Source: Eledone cirrhosa (lineage: Eukaryota). Taken from it: a stretch of DNA of 64,000 nucleotides. Every line of letters begins with the position of its first letter. Position 1 is the first letter of the stretch. The notes under the pieces were generated by a model. The model ran no database searches. It saw only the letters and a program-made list of their open reading frames with translations, and was not told the DNA's origin. The DNA lies in contig OZ024744.1 of the NCBI GenBank assembly GCA_964016885.1, positions 5,022,001 to 5,086,000 of the forward strand, given 5' to 3'. Of this stretch, positions 36,601 to 50,400 are shown piece after piece. A program made the position numbers and the translations under genes.

Positions 36601-38860
36601 TCTATCTTGGTAGACAGTGAAGTTGGTAGCAGAGGTCTATCTTGGTAGACAGTGAGGTTGGTAGCAGAGGTCTATCTTGGTAGACAGTGGTGTTGGTAGC
36701 AGAGGTCTATCTTGGTAGACAGTGAGGTTGGTAACAGAGGTCTATCTTGGTAGACAGTGGTGTTGTAGCAGAGGTCTATCTCGGTAGACAGTGAAGTTGG
36801 TAGCAGAGGTCTATGCTGGTAGACAGTGGTGTTGGTAGCAGAGGTCTATCTTGGTAGACAGTGGTGTTGGTAGCAGAGGTCTATCTTGGTAGACAGTGCT
36901 GTTGGTAGCAGAGGTCTATGTTGGTAGACAGTGAGGTTGGTAGCAGAGGTCTATCTTGGTAGATAGTGATGTTGGTAGCAGAGGTCTATCTTGGTAGACA
37001 GTGAGGTTGGTATGAGAGGTCTATCTTGGTAGACAGTGGTGTTGGTAGCAGAGGTCTATGTTGGTAGACAGTGGTGTTGGTAGCAGAGGTCTATCTTGGT
37101 AGATAGTGAGGTTGGTAGTAGAGGTCTATGTTGGTAGACATTGGTGTTGGTAGCAGAGTTCTATCTTGGTAGACAGTGGTGTTGGTAATAGAGGTCTATC
37201 TTGGTAGACAGTGGTGTTGGTAGCAGATGTCTATCTTGGTAGACAGTGGTGTTGGTAGCAGAGGTCTATCTTGGTAGACAGTGGTGTTGGTAGCAGAGGT
37301 CTATCTTGGTAGACAGTGGTGTTGGTAGCAGAGGTCTATGTTGGTAGAAAGTGAGGTTGGTAGCAGAGGTCTATCTTGGTAGACAGTGGTGTTGGTAGCA
37401 GAGGTCTATCTTGGTAGACAGTGATGTTGGTAGAAGAGGTCTATGTTGGTAGAAAGTGAGGTTGGTAGCAGAGGTCTATCTTGGTAGACAGTGGTGTTGG
37501 TAGCAGAGGTTTATATTGGTAGACAGTGGTGTTGGTAGCAGAGGTTTATCTTGGTAGACATTGAGGTTGGTAGCAGAGGTCTATCTTGGTAGACAGTGGT
37601 GTTGGTAGCAGAGGTCTATGTTGGTAGACAGTGGAGTTGGTAGCAGAGGTCTATCTTGGTAGACAGTGGTGTTGGTAGCAGAGGTCTATATTGGTAGACA
37701 GTGGTGTTGGTAGCAGAGGTCTATCTTGGTAGACAGTGAGGTTGGTAGCAGAGGTCTATCTTCGTAGACAGTGAGGTTGGTAGCAGAGGTCTATCTTGGT
37801 AGACAGTGGTGTTGGTAGCAGAGGTCTATGTTGGTAGACAGTGAGGTTGGTAGCAGAGGTCTATCTTGGTAGACAGTGAAGTTGGTAGCAGAGGTCTATC
37901 TTGGTAGACAGTGAGGGTGGTAGCAGAGGTCTATCTTGGTAGACAGTGGTGTTCGTAGCAGAGGTCTATCTTGGTAGACAGTGGTGTTGGTAGCAGAGGT
38001 CTATCTTGGTAGACAGTGAGGTTGGTAGCAGAGGTCTATCTTGGTAGACAGTGGTGTTGGTAGCAGAGGTCTATCTTGGTAGACAGTGGGGTGGGTAGCA
38101 GAGGTCTATCTTGGTAGACAGTGGTGTTGGTAGCAGAGGTCTATCTTGGTAGACAGTGGTGTTGGTAGCAGAGGTCTATGTTGGTAGACAGTGGTGTTGG
38201 TAGCAGAGGTTAATCTTGGTAGACAGTGGTGTTGGTAGCAGAGGTCTATCTTGGTAGACAGTGGTGTTGGTAGCAGAGATCTATCTTGGTAGACAGTAGT
38301 GTTGGTAGCAGAGGTCTATGTTGGTAGACAGTGGTGTTTGTAGCAGAGGTCTATGTTGGTAGACAGTGGTGTTGGAAGCAGAGGTCTATCTTAGTAGACA
38401 GTGGTGTTGGTACATAGGTCTATGTTGGTAGACAGTGAGGTTGGTAGCAGAGGTCTATATTGGTAGACAGTGAGGTTGGTAGCAGAGGTCTATCTTGGTA
38501 GACAGTGAGGTTGGTAGCAGAGCTCTATCTTGGTAGAAAGTGGTGTTGGTAGCAGAGGTCTATGTTGGTAGACAGTGGTGTTGGTAGCAGAGGTTTATCT
38601 TGGTAGACAGTGGTGTTGGTAGCAGAGGTCTATGTTGGTAGACAGTGGTGTTGGTAGCAGAGGTATATCTTGGTAGGCAGTGCTGTTGGTAGCAGAGCTC
38701 TATCTTGGTAGACAGTGGTGTTGGTAGCAGAGGTCTTTCTTGGTAGACAGTGGTGTTGCTAGCAGAGGTCTATGTTGGTAGAAAGTGAGGTTGGTAGCTG
38801 AGGTCTATGTTGGTAGACAGTGGTGTTGGTAGCAGAAGTCTATCTTGGTAGACAGTGAGG
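30647..38860. repeat. Higher-order unit, copy C (continues into a different cassette series up to 40831)
   Basis: Markers at 33414, 34194, 34914, 35630, ~37011 and 38413 follow the same order as copies A and B, with internal monomer losses (e.g. near 36480 and 37320). Confidence 0.85.
33254..33265 (+). other. G12 homopolymer replacing GTGG within one monomer (net +8 bp)
   Basis: Reads GACA-GGGGGGGGGGGG-TGTTGG versus consensus GACA-GTGG-TGTTGG. It is the only such run in the window. Confidence 0.9.
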
Positions 38861-40831
38861 TTGGTAGCAGAGGTCTATCTTGGTAGACATTGGTGTTGGT
38901 AGCAGAGGTCTATCTTGGTAGACAGTGGTGTTGGTAGCAGAGGTCTATCTTGGTAGACAGTGGTGTTGGTAGCAGAGGTCTATCTTGGTAGACAGTGGTG
39001 TTGGTAGCAGAGGTCTATCTTGGTAGACAGTGGTGTTGCTAGCAGAGGTCTATCTTGGTAGACAGTGGTGTTGGTAGCAAAGGTCTATGTTGGTAGACAG
39101 TGAGGTTGGTAGCAGAGGTCTATCTTGGTAGACAGTGAGGGTGGTTGCAGAGGTCTATCTTGGTAGACAGTGGTGTTGGTAGCAGAGGTCTATCTTGGTA
39201 GACAGTGAGGTTGGTATCAGAGGTCTATCTTGGTAGACAGTGAGGTTGGTAGCAGAGGTCTATGTTGGTAGACAGTGGTGTTGGTAGCATAGGTCTATCT
39301 TGGTAGACAGTGGTGTTGGTAGCAGAGGTCTATGTTGGTAGACAGTGGTGTTGGTAGTAGAGGTCTATCTTGGTAGACAGTGGTGTTGGTAGCAGATGTC
39401 TATCTTGGTAGACAGTGGTGTTGGTAGCAGAGGTCTATCTTGGTAGACAGTGGTGTTGGTAGCAGATATCTATCTTGGTAGACAGTGGTGTTGGTAGCAG
39501 AGGTCTATGTTGGTAGACAGTGGTGTTGGTAGCAGAGGTCTATCTTGGTAGTCAGTGGTGTTGGTAGCAGAGGTCTATCTCGGTAGACAGTGGTGTTGGT
39601 AGCAGAGGTCTATGTTGGTAGACAGTGAGGTTGGTAGCAGAGGTCTATCTTGGTAGACAGTGGTGTTGGTAGAAGAGATCTATGTTGGTAGACAGTGAGG
39701 TTGGTAGCAGAGGTTTATCTTGGCAGACAGTGAGGTTGGTAGCAGAGGTCTATCTTGGTAGACAGTGGTGTTGGTAGCAGAGGTCTATCTTGGTAGACAG
39801 TGAGGTTGGTAGCAGATGTCTATCTTGGTAGACAGTGGTGTTGGTAGCAGAGATCTATCTTGGTAGACAGTGAGGTTGGTAGCAGAGGTCTATCTTGGTA
39901 GACAGTGGTGTTGGTAGCAGAGGTCTATCTTGGTAGACAGTGGTGTTGGTAGCAGAGGTCTATGTTGGTAGACAGTGGTGTTGATAGCAGAGGTTAATCT
40001 TGGTAGACAGTGGTGTTGGTAGCAGAGGTCTATCTTGGTAGACAGTGGTGTTGGTAGCAGAGGTCTATCTTGGTAGACAGTGGTGTTGGTAGCAGAGGTC
40101 TATGTTGGTAGACAGTGGTGTTTGTAGCAGAGGACTATGTTGGTAGACAGTGGTGTTGGTAGCAGAGGTCTATCTTGGTAGACATTGAGGTTGGTAGCAG
40201 AGGTCTATCTTGGTAGACAGTGGTGTTGGTAGCAGAGATCTATGTTGGTAGACAGTGGTGTTGGTAGCAGAGGTCTATCTTAGTAGACAGGTGTGTTGGT
40301 AGCAGAGGTCTATCTTGGTAGACAGTGAAGTTGGTAGCAGAGGTCTATCTTGGTAGACAGTGAGGTTGGTAGCAGAGGTCTATCTTGGTAGACAGTGGTG
40401 TTGGTAGCAGAGGTCTATCTTGGTAGACAGTGAGGTTGGTAACAGAGGTCTATCTTGGTAGACAGTGGTGTTGTAGCAGAGGTCTATCTCGGTAGACAGT
40501 GAGGTTGGTAGCAGAGGTCTATGCTGGTAGACAGTGGTGTTGGTAGCAGAGGTCTATCTTGGTAGACAGTGGTGTTGGTAGCAGAGGTCTATCTTGGTAG
40601 ACAGTGGTGTTGGTAGCAGAGGTCTATGTTGGTAGACAGTGAGGTTGCTAGCAGAGGTCTATCTTGGTAGACAGTGGTGTTGGTAGCAGAGGTCTATCTT
40701 GGTAGACAGTGAGGTTGGTATCAGAGGTCTATCTTGGTAGACAGTGGTGTTGGTAGCAGAGGTCTATGTTGGTAGACAGTGGTGTTGGTAGCAGAGGTCT
40801 ATCTTGGTAGATAGTGAGGTTGGTAGTAGAG

Positions 40832-43800
40832 GTCTATGTTGGTAGACATTGGTGTTGGTAGCAGAGTTCTATCTTGGTAGACAGTGGTGTTGGTAGCAGA
40901 GGTCTATGTTGGTAGACAGTGGTGTTGGTAATAGAGGTCTATCTTGGTAGACAGTGGTGTTGGTAGCAGATGTCTATCTTGGTAGACAGTGGTGTTGGTA
41001 GCAGAGGTCTATCTTGGTAGACAGTGGTGTTGGTAGCAGAGGTCGATCTTGGTAGACAGTGGTGTTGGTAGCAGAGGTCTATCTTGGTAGACAGTGGTGT
41101 TGGTAGCAGATGTCTATCTTGGTAGACAGTGGTGTTGGTAGCAGAGATCTATCTTGGTAGACAGTGGTGTTGGTAGCAGAGGTCGATCTTGGTAGACAGT
41201 GGTGTTGGTAGCAGAGGTCGATCTTGGTAGACAGTGGTGTTGGTAGCAGAGGTCTATCTTGGTAGACAGTGGTGTTGGTAGCAGAGGTCTATGTTGGTAG
41301 ACAGTGGTGTTGGTAGCAGAGGTATATCTTGGTAGGCAGTGGTGTTGGTAGCAGAGCTCTATCTTGGTAGACAGTGGTGTTGGTAGCAGAGGTCTATCTT
41401 GGTAGACAGTGGTGTTGGTAGCAGAGGTCTTTCTTGGTAGACAGTGGTGTTGGTAGCAGAGGTCTATGTTAGTAGAAAGTGAGGTTGGTAGCAGAGGTCT
41501 ATCTTGGTAGAAAGTGGTGTTGGTAGGAGAGGTCTATCTTGGTAGACAGTGGTGTTGGTAACAGAGGTCTATCTTGGTAGACAGTGGTGTTGGTAGCAGA
41601 GGTCTATATTGGTAGACAGTGGTGTTGGTAGCAGATGTCTATCTTGGTAGACAGTGGTGTTGGTAGCAGAGGTCTATCTTGGTAGACAGTGGTGGTGGTA
41701 GCAGAGGTCTATCTTGTTAGACAGTGTTGTTGGTAGCAGAGGTCTATCTTAGTAGACAGTGGTGTTGGTAGCAGAGGTCTATCCTGGTAGACAGTGGTGT
41801 TGGTAGCAGAGGTCTATCTTGGTAGACAGTAGTGTTGGTAGCAGAGGTCTATCTTGGTAGACAGTGGTGTTGGTAGCTGAGGTCTAACTTGGTAGACAGT
41901 GGTGTTGGTAGCAGAGGTCTATCTTAGTAGACAGTGGTGTTGGTAGCAGAGGTCTACCTTGGTAGACAGTGGTGTCGGTAGCAGAGCTCTATCCTGGTAG
42001 ACAGTGGTGTTGGTAGCAGAGGTCTATCTTGGTAGACAGTGAGGTTGGTAGCAGAGGTCTATGTTGGTAGACAGTGGTGTCGGTAGCAGAGCTCTATCTT
42101 GGTAGACAGTGGTGTTGGTAGCAGAAGTCTATCTTGGTAGACAGTGAGGTTGGGAGCAGAGGTCTATGTTGGTAGACAGTGGTGTTGGTAGCAGAGGTCT
42201 ATCTTGGTAGACAGTGGTGTTGGTAGGAGAGGTTTATCTTGGTAGACAGTGGTGTTGGTAGCAGAGGTCTATGTTGGTAGACAGTGGTGTTGGTAGCAGA
42301 GGTATATCTTGGTAGGCAGTGGTGTTGGTAGCAGAGCTCTATCTTGGTAGACAGTGGTGTTGGTAGCAGAGGTCTATCTTGGTAGACAGTGGTGTTGGTA
42401 GCAGAGGTCTATGTTAGTAGAAAGTGAGGTTGGTAGCAGAGGTCTATCTTGGTAGACAGTGAGGGTGGTAGCAGAGGTCTATCTTGGTAAACAGAGGTGT
42501 TGGTAGCAGAGGTCTATCTTGGTAGACAGTGAGGTTGGTATCAGAGGTCTATCTTGGTAGACAGTGAGGTTGGTAGCAGAGGTCTATGTTGGTAGACAGT
42601 GGTGTTGGTAGCATAGGTCTATCTTGGTAGACAGTGGTGTTGGTAGCAGAGGTCTATGTTGGTAGACAGTGGTGTTGGTAGTAGAGGTCTATCTTGGTAG
42701 ACAGTGGTGTTGGTAGCAGATGTCTATCTTGGTAGACAGTGGTGTTGGTAGCAGAGGTCTATCTTGGTAGACAGTGGTGTTGGTAGCAAATATCTATCTT
42801 GGTAGACAGTGGTGTTGGTAGCAGAGGTCTATGTTGGTAGACAGTGGTGTTGGTAGCAGAGGTCTATCTTGGTAGACAGTGGTGTTGGTAGCAGAGGTCT
42901 ATCTTGGTAGACAGTGGTGTTGGTAGCAGAGGTCTATCTTGGTAGACAGTGGTGTTGGTAGCAGAGGTCTATCTTGGTAGACAGTGGTGTTGGTAGCAGA
43001 GGTCTATGTTGGTAGACAGTGAGGTTGGTAGCAGAGGTCTATGTTGGTAGACAGTGGTGTTGGTAGCAGAGGTCTATCTTGGTAGACAGTGGTGTTGGTA
43101 GAAGAGGTCTATGTTGGTAGACAGTGAGGTTGGTAGCAGAGGTCTATCTTGGTAGACAGTGAAGTTGGTAGCAGAGGTCTATCTTGGTAGACAGTGAGGG
43201 TGGTAGCAGAGGTCTATCTTGGTAGACAGTGGTGTTCGTAGCAGAGGTCTATCTTGGTAGACAGTGGTGTTGGTAGCAGAGGTCTAACTTGGTAGACAGT
43301 GAGGTTGGTAGCAGAGGTCTATCTTGGTAGACAGTGGTGTTGGTAGCAGAGGTCTATCTTGGTAGACAGTGGGGTGGGTAGCAGAGGTCTATGTTGGTAG
43401 ACAGTGGTGTTGGTAGCAGAGGTCTATGTTGGTAGACAGTGGTGTTGGTAGCAGAGGTCTATGTTGGTAGACAGTGGTGTTGGTAGCAGAGGTTAATCTT
43501 GGTAGACAGTGGTGTTGGTAGCAGAGATCTATCTTGGTAGACAGTAGTGTTGGTAGCAGAGGTCTATGTTGGTAGACAGTGGTGTTTGTAGCAGAGGTCT
43601 ATGTTGGTAGACAGTGGTGTTGGAAGCAGAGGTCTATCTTAGTAGACAGTGGTGCTGGTACAGAGGTCTATGTTGGTAGACAGTGAGGTTGGTAGCAGAG
43701 GTCTATATTGGTAGACAGTGAGGTTGGTAGCAGAGGTATATCTTGGTAGACAGTGAGGTTGGTAGCAGAGCTCTATCTTGGTAGACAGTGGTGTTGGTAG

Positions 43801-46800
43801 CAGAGGTCTATCTTGGTAGACAGTGGTGTTGGTAGCAGAGGTCTATCTTGGTAGACAGTGGTGTTGGTAGCAGAGGTCTATGTTGGTAGACAGTGGTGTT
43901 GGTAGCAGAGGTATATCTTGGTAGGCAGTGGTGTTGGTAGCAGAGCTCTATCTTGGTAGACAGTGGTGTTGGTAGCAGAGGTCTTTCTTGGTAGACAGTG
44001 GTGTTGCTAGCAGAGGTCTATGTTGGTAGAAAGTGAGGTTGGTAGCTGAGATCTATGTTGGTAGACAGTGGTGTTGGTAGCAGAAGTCTATCTTGGTAGA
44101 CAGTGAGGTGGGTAGCAGAGGTCTATCTTGGTAGACAGTGGTGTTGGTAGCAGAGGTCTATCTTGGTAGACAGTGGTGTTGGTAGCAGAGGTCTATCTTG
44201 GTAGACAGTGGTGTTGGTAGCAGAAGTCTATCTTGGTAGACAGTGGTGTTGGTAGCAGAGGTCTATCTTGGTAGACAGTGGTGTTGCTAGCAGAGGTCTA
44301 TCTTGGTAGACAGTGGTGTTGCTAGCAAAGGTCTATGTTGGTAGACAGTGAGGTTGGTAGCAGAGGTCTATCTTGGTAGACAGTGAGGGTGGTTGCAGAG
44401 GTTTATCTTGGTAGACAGTGGTGTTGGTAGCAGAGGTCTAGCTTGGTAGACAGTGAGGTTGGTATCAGAGGTCTATCTTGGTAGACAGTGAGGTTGGTAG
44501 CAGAGGTCTATGTTGGTAGACAGTGGTGTTGGTAGCATAGGTCTATCTTGGTAGACAGTGGTGTTGGTAGCAGAGGTCTATGTTGGTAGACAGTGGTGTT
44601 GGTAGTAGAGGTCTATCTTGGTAGACAGTGGTGTTGGTAGCAGATGTCTATCTTGGTAGACAGTGGTGTTGGTAGCAGAGGTCTATCTTGGTAGACAGTG
44701 GTGTTGGTAGCAGATATCTATCTTGGTAGACAGTGGTGTTGGTAGCAGAGGTCTATGTTGGTAGACAGTGGTGTTGGTAGCAGAGGTCTATCTTGGTAGT
44801 CAGTGGTGTTGGTAGCAGAGGTCTATCTTGGTAGACAGTGGTGTTGGTAGCAGAGGTCTATGTTGGTAGACAGTGAGGTTGGTAGCAGAGGTCTATCTTG
44901 GTAGACAGTGGTGTTGGTAGCAGAGGTCTATGTTGGTAGACAGTGGTGTTGGTAGCAGAGGTCTATCTTGGTAGATAGTGAGGTTGGTAGTAGAGGTCTA
45001 TGTTGGTAGACATTGGTGTTGGTAGCAGAGTTCTATCTTGGTAGACAGTGGTGTTGGTAGCAGAGGTCTATGTTGGTAGACAGTGGTGTTGGTAACAGAG
45101 GTCTATCTTGGTAGACAGTGGTGTTGGTAGCAGATGTCTATCTTGGTAGACAGTGGTGTTGGTACCAGAGGTCTATCTTGGTAGACAGTGGTGTTGGTAG
45201 GAGAGGTCTATCTTGGTAGACAGTGGTGTTGGTAGCAGAGGTCTATCTTGGTAGAAAGTGGTGTTGGTAGGAGAGGTCTATCTTGGTAGACAGTGGTGTT
45301 GGTAGCAGAGGTCTATCTTGGTAGACAGTGGTGTTGGTAGCAGAGGTCTATATTGGTAGACAGTGGTGTTGGTAGCAGATGTCTATCTTGGTAGACAGTG
45401 GTGTTGGTAGCAGAGGTCTATCTTGGTAGACAGTGGTGGTGGTAGCAGAGGTATATCTTGTTAGACAGTGTTGTTGGTAGCAGAGGTCTATCTTAGTAGA
45501 CAGTGGTGTTGGTAGCAGAGGTCTATCCTGGTAGACAGTGGTGTTGGTAGCAGAGGTCTATCTTGGTAGACAGTAGTGTTGGTAGCAGAGGTCTATCTTG
45601 GTAGACAGTGGTGTTGGTAGCTGAGGTCTAACTTGGTAGACAGTGGTGTTGGTAGCAGAGGTCTATCTTAGTAGACAGTGGTTTGGTAGCAGAGGTCTAC
45701 CTTGGTAGACAGTGGTGTCGGTAGCAGAGCTCTATCCTGGTAGACAGTGGTGTTGGTAGCAGAGGTCTATCTTGGTAGACAGTGAGGTTGGTAGCAGAGG
45801 TCTATGTTGGTAGACAGTGGTGTCGGTAGCAGAGCTCTATCTTGGTAGACAGTGGTGTTGGTAGCAGAAGTCTATCATGGTAGACAGTGAGGTTGGGAGC
45901 AGAGGTCTATGTTGGTAGACAGTGGTGTTGGTAGCAGAGGTCTATCTTGGTAGACAGTGGTGTTGGTAGCAGAGGTTTATCTTGGTAGACAGTGGTGTTG
46001 GTAGCAGAGGTCTATGTTGGTAGACAGTGGTGTTGGTAGCAGAGGTATATCTTGGTAGGCAGTGGTGTTGGTAGCAGAGCTCTATCTTGGTAGACAGTGG
46101 TGTTGGTAGCAGAGGTCTATCTTGGTAGACAGTGGTGTTGGTAGCAGAGGTCTTTCTTGGTAGACAGTGGTGTTGGTAGCAGAGGTCTATGTTGGTAGAA
46201 AGTGAGGTTGGTAGCAGAGGTCTATCTTGGTAGACAATGAGGTTGGTAGCAGAGGTCTATGTTGGTAGACAGTGGTGTTGGTAGCATAGGTCTATCTTGG
46301 TAGACAGTGGTGTTGGTAGCAGAGGTCTATGTTGGTAGACAGTGGTGTTGGTAGTAGAGGTCTATCTTGGTAGACAGTGGTGTTGGTAGCAGATGTCTAT
46401 CTTGGTAGACAGTGGTGTTGGTAGCAGAGGTCTATCTTGGTAGACAGTGGTGTTGGTAGCAGATATCTATCTTGGTAGACAGTGGTGTTCGTAGCAGAGG
46501 TCTATGTTGGTAGACAGTGGTGTTGGTAGCAGAGGTCTATCTTGGTAGTCAGTGGTGTTGGTAGCAGAGGTCTATCTTGGTAGACAGTGGTGTTGGTAGC
46601 AGAGGTCTATGTTGGTAGACAGTGGTGTTGGTAGCAGAGGTATATCTTGGTAGGCAGTGGTGTTGGTAGCAGAGCTCTATCTTGGTAGACAGTGGTGTTG
46701 GTAGCAGAGGTCTATCTTGGTAGACAGTGGTGTTGGTAGCAGAGGTCTTTCTTGGTAGACAGTGGTGTTGGTAGCAGAGGTCTATGTTGGTAGAAAGTGA

Positions 46801-47400
46801 GGTTGGTAGCAGAGGTCTATCTTGGTAGACAATGAGGTTGGTAGCAGAGGTCTATGTTGGTAGACAGTGGTGTTGGTAGCATAGGTCTATCTTGGTAGAC
46901 AGTGGTGTTGGTAGCAGAGGTCTATGTTGGTAGACAGTGGTGTTGGTAGTAGAGGTCTATCTTGGTAGACATTGGTGTTGGTAGCAGATGTCTATCTTGG
47001 TAGACAGTGGTGTTGGTAGCAGAGGTCTATCTTGGTAGACAGTGGTGTTGGTAGCAAATATCTATCTTGGTAGACAGTGTTGTTGGTAGCAGAGGTCTAT
47101 GTTGGTAGACAGTGGTGTTGGTAGCAGAGGTCTATCTTGGTAGACAGTGAGGGTGGTTGCAGAGGTCTATCTTGGTAGACAGTGGTGTTGGTAGCAGAGG
47201 TCTATCTTGGTAGACAGTGAGGTTGGTATCAGAGGTCTATCTTGGTAGACAGTGAGGTTGGTAGCAGAGGTCTATGTTGGTAGACAGTGGTGTTGGTAGC
47301 ATAGGTCTATCTTGGTAGACAGTGGTGTTGGTAGCAGAGGTCTATGTTGGTAGACAGTGGTGTTGGTAGTAGAGGTCTATCTTGGTAGACAGTGGTGTTG
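40832..47400. repeat. Higher-order unit, copy D (partial)
   Basis: Markers at 43661 (variant form GGTACAGAGG), 44441, 45161, 45877 and 46236 are in the same order. The later markers of A-C (e.g. TATGAGAGG) are absent. Confidence 0.8.
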
Positions 47401-50400
47401 GTAGGAGATGTCTATCTTGGTAGACAGTGGTGTTGGTAGCAGAGGTCTATCTTGGTAGACAGTGGTGTTGGTAGCAGAGGTCTATGTTGGTAGACAGTGG
47501 TGTTGGTAGCAGAGGTCTATCTTGGTAGTCAGTGGTGTTGGTAGCAGAGGTCTATCTTGGTAGACAGTGGTGTTGGTAGCAGAGGTCTATCTTGGTAGAC
47601 AGTGGTGTTGGTAGCAGAGGTCTATGTTGGTAGAAAGTGAGGTTGGTAGCAGAGGTCTATGTTGGTAGACAGTGGTGTTGGTAGCAGAGGTCTATCTTGG
47701 TAGACAGTGGTGTTGGTAGAAGAGGTCTATGTTGGTAGACAGTGAGGTTGGTAGCAGAGGTTTATCTTGGCAGACAGTGAGGTTGGTAGCAGAGGTCTAT
47801 CTTGGTAGACAGTGGTGTTGGTAGCAGAGGTCTATGTTGGTAGACAGTGGTGTTGGTAGCAGAGGTCTATCTTAGTAGACAGTGGTGTTGGTAGCAGAGG
47901 TCTATCTTGGTAGACAGTGAAGTTGGTAGCAGAGGTCTATCTTGGTAGACAGTGAGGTTGGTAGCAGAGGTCTATCTTGGTAGACAGTGGTGTTGGTAGC
48001 AGAGGTCTATCTTGGTAGACAGTGAGGTTGGTAACAGAGGTCTATCTTGGTAGACAGTGGTGTTGTAGCAGAGGTCTATCTCGGTAGACAGTGAGGTTGG
48101 TAGCAGAGGTCTATGCTGGTAGACAGTGGTGTTGGTAGCAGAGGTCTATCTTGGTAGACAGTGGTGTTGGTAGCAGAGGTCTATCTTGGTAGACAGTGGT
48201 GTTGGTAGCAGAGGTCTATGTTGGTAGACAGTGAGGTTGCTAGCAGAGGTCTATCTTGGTAGACAGTGGTGTTGGTAGCAGAGGTCTATCTTGGTAGACA
48301 GTGAGGTTGGTATCAGAGGTCTATCTTGGTAGACAGTGGTGTTGGTAGCAGAGGTCTATGTTGGTAGACTGTGGTGTTGGTAGCAGAGGTCTATCTTGGT
48401 AGATAGTGAGGTTGGTAGTAGAGGTCTATGTTGGTAGACATTGGTGTTGGTAGCAGAGTTCTATCTTGGTAGACAGTGGTGTTGGTAATAGAGGTCTATC
48501 TTGGTAGACAGTGGTGTTGGTAGCAGATGTCTATCTTGGTAGACAGTGGTGTTGGTAGCAGAGGTCTATCTTGGTAGACAGTGGTGTTGGTAGCAGAAGT
48601 CGATCTTGGTAGACAGTGGTGTTGGTAGCAGAGGTCTATCTTGGTAGACAGTGGTGTTGGTAGCAGATGTCTATCTTGGTAGACAGTGGTGTTGGTAGCA
48701 GAGATCTATCTTGGTAGACAGTGGTGTTGGTAGCAGAGGTCGATCTTGGTAGACAGTGGTGTTGGTAGCAGAGGTCGATCTTGGTAGACAGTGGTGTTGG
48801 TAGCAGAGGTCTATCTTGGTAGACAGTGGTGTTGGTAGCAGAGGTCTATGTTGGTAGACAGTGGTGTTGGTAGCAGAGGTATATCTTGGTAGGCAGTGGT
48901 GTTGGTAGCAGAGCTCTATCTTGGTAGACAGTGGTGTTGGTAGCAGAGGTCTATCTTGGTAGACAGTGGTGTTGGTAGCAGAGGTCTTTCTTGGTAGACA
49001 GTGGTGTTGGTAGCAGAGGTCTATGTTGGTAGAAAGTGAGGTTGGTAGCAGAGGTCTATCTTGGTAGAAAGTGGTGTTGGTAGGAGAGGTCTATCTTGGT
49101 AGACAGTGGTGTTGGTAGCAGAGGTCTATCTTGGTAGACAGTGGTGTTGGTAGCAGAGGTCTATATTGGTAGACAGTGGTGTTGGTAGCAGATGTCTATC
49201 TTGGTAGACAGTGGTGTTGGTAGCAGAGGTCTATCTTGGTAGACAGTGGTAATGGTAGCAGAGGTCTATCTTGTTAGACAGTGTTGTTGGTAGCAGAGGT
49301 CTATCTTAGTAGACAGTGGTGTTGGTAGCAGAGGTCTATCCTGGTAGACAGTGGTGTTGGTAGCAGAGGTCTATCTTGGTAGACAGTAGTGTTGGTAGCA
49401 GAGGTCTATCTTGGTAGACAGTGGTGTTGGTAGCTGAGGTCTAACTTGGTAGACAGTGGTGTTGGTAGCAGAGGTCTACCTTGGTAGACAGTGGTGTCGG
49501 TAGCAGAGCTCTATCCTGGTAGACAGTGGTGTTGGTAGCAGAGGTCTATCTTGGTAGACAGTGAGGTTGGTAGCAGAGGTCTATGTTGGTAGACAGTGGT
49601 GTCGGTAGCAGAGCTCTATCTTGGTAGACAGTGGTGTTGGTAGCAGAAGTCTAACTTGGTAGACAGTGAGGTTGGGAGCAGAGGTCTATGTTGGTAGACA
49701 GTGGTGTTGGTAGCAGAGGTCTATGTTGGTAGACAGTGAGGTTGGTAGCAGAGGTCTATCTTGGTAGACAGTGAAGTTGGTAGCAGAGGTCTATCTTGGT
49801 AGACAGTGAGGGTGGTAGCAGAGGTCTATCTTGGTAGACAGTGGTGTTCGTAGCAGAGGTCTATCTTGGTAGACAGTGGTGTTGGTAGGAGAGGTTTATC
49901 TTGGTAGACAGTGGTGTTGGTAGCAGAGGTCTATGTTGGTAGACAGTGGTGTTGGTAGCAGAGGTATATCTTGGTAGGCAGTGGTGTTGGTAGCAGAGCT
50001 CTATCTTGGTAGACAGTGGTGTTGGTAGCAGAGGTCTATCTTGGTAGACAGTGGTGTTGGTAGCAGAGGTCTTTCTTGGTAGACAGTGGTGTTGGTAGCA
50101 GAGGTCTATGTTAGTAGAAAGTGAGGTTGGTAGCAAAGGTCTATCTTGGTAGACAGTGAGGGTGGTAGCAGAGGTCTATCTTGGTAGACAGAGGTGTTGG
50201 TAGCAGAGGTCTATCTTGGTACACAGTGAGGTTGGTATCAGAGGTCTATCTTGGTAGACAGTGAGGTCGGTAGCAGAGGTCTATGTTGGTAGACAGTGGT
50301 GTTGGTAGCATAGGTCTATCTTGGTAGACAGTGGTGTTGGTAGCAGAGGTCTATGTTGGTAGACAGTGGTGTTGGTAGTAGAGGTCTATCTTGGTAGACA

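Noticed and set aside
40281-40300. Singleton anomalies such as CAGGTGTGTTGG (40291), GTAACAGTGG (24291) and GGTTATAGAGG (~34495)
   Set aside because: Each is seen once and is absent from paralogous copies, so it cannot be distinguished from consensus error without reads.
49861-50136. 91-aa minus-strand ORF
   Set aside because: It is only the translated satellite. It starts at a TTG created by a single GCAAAG variant and stays open because two point variants remove the periodic TAG. There is no promoter, splice or other gene context.
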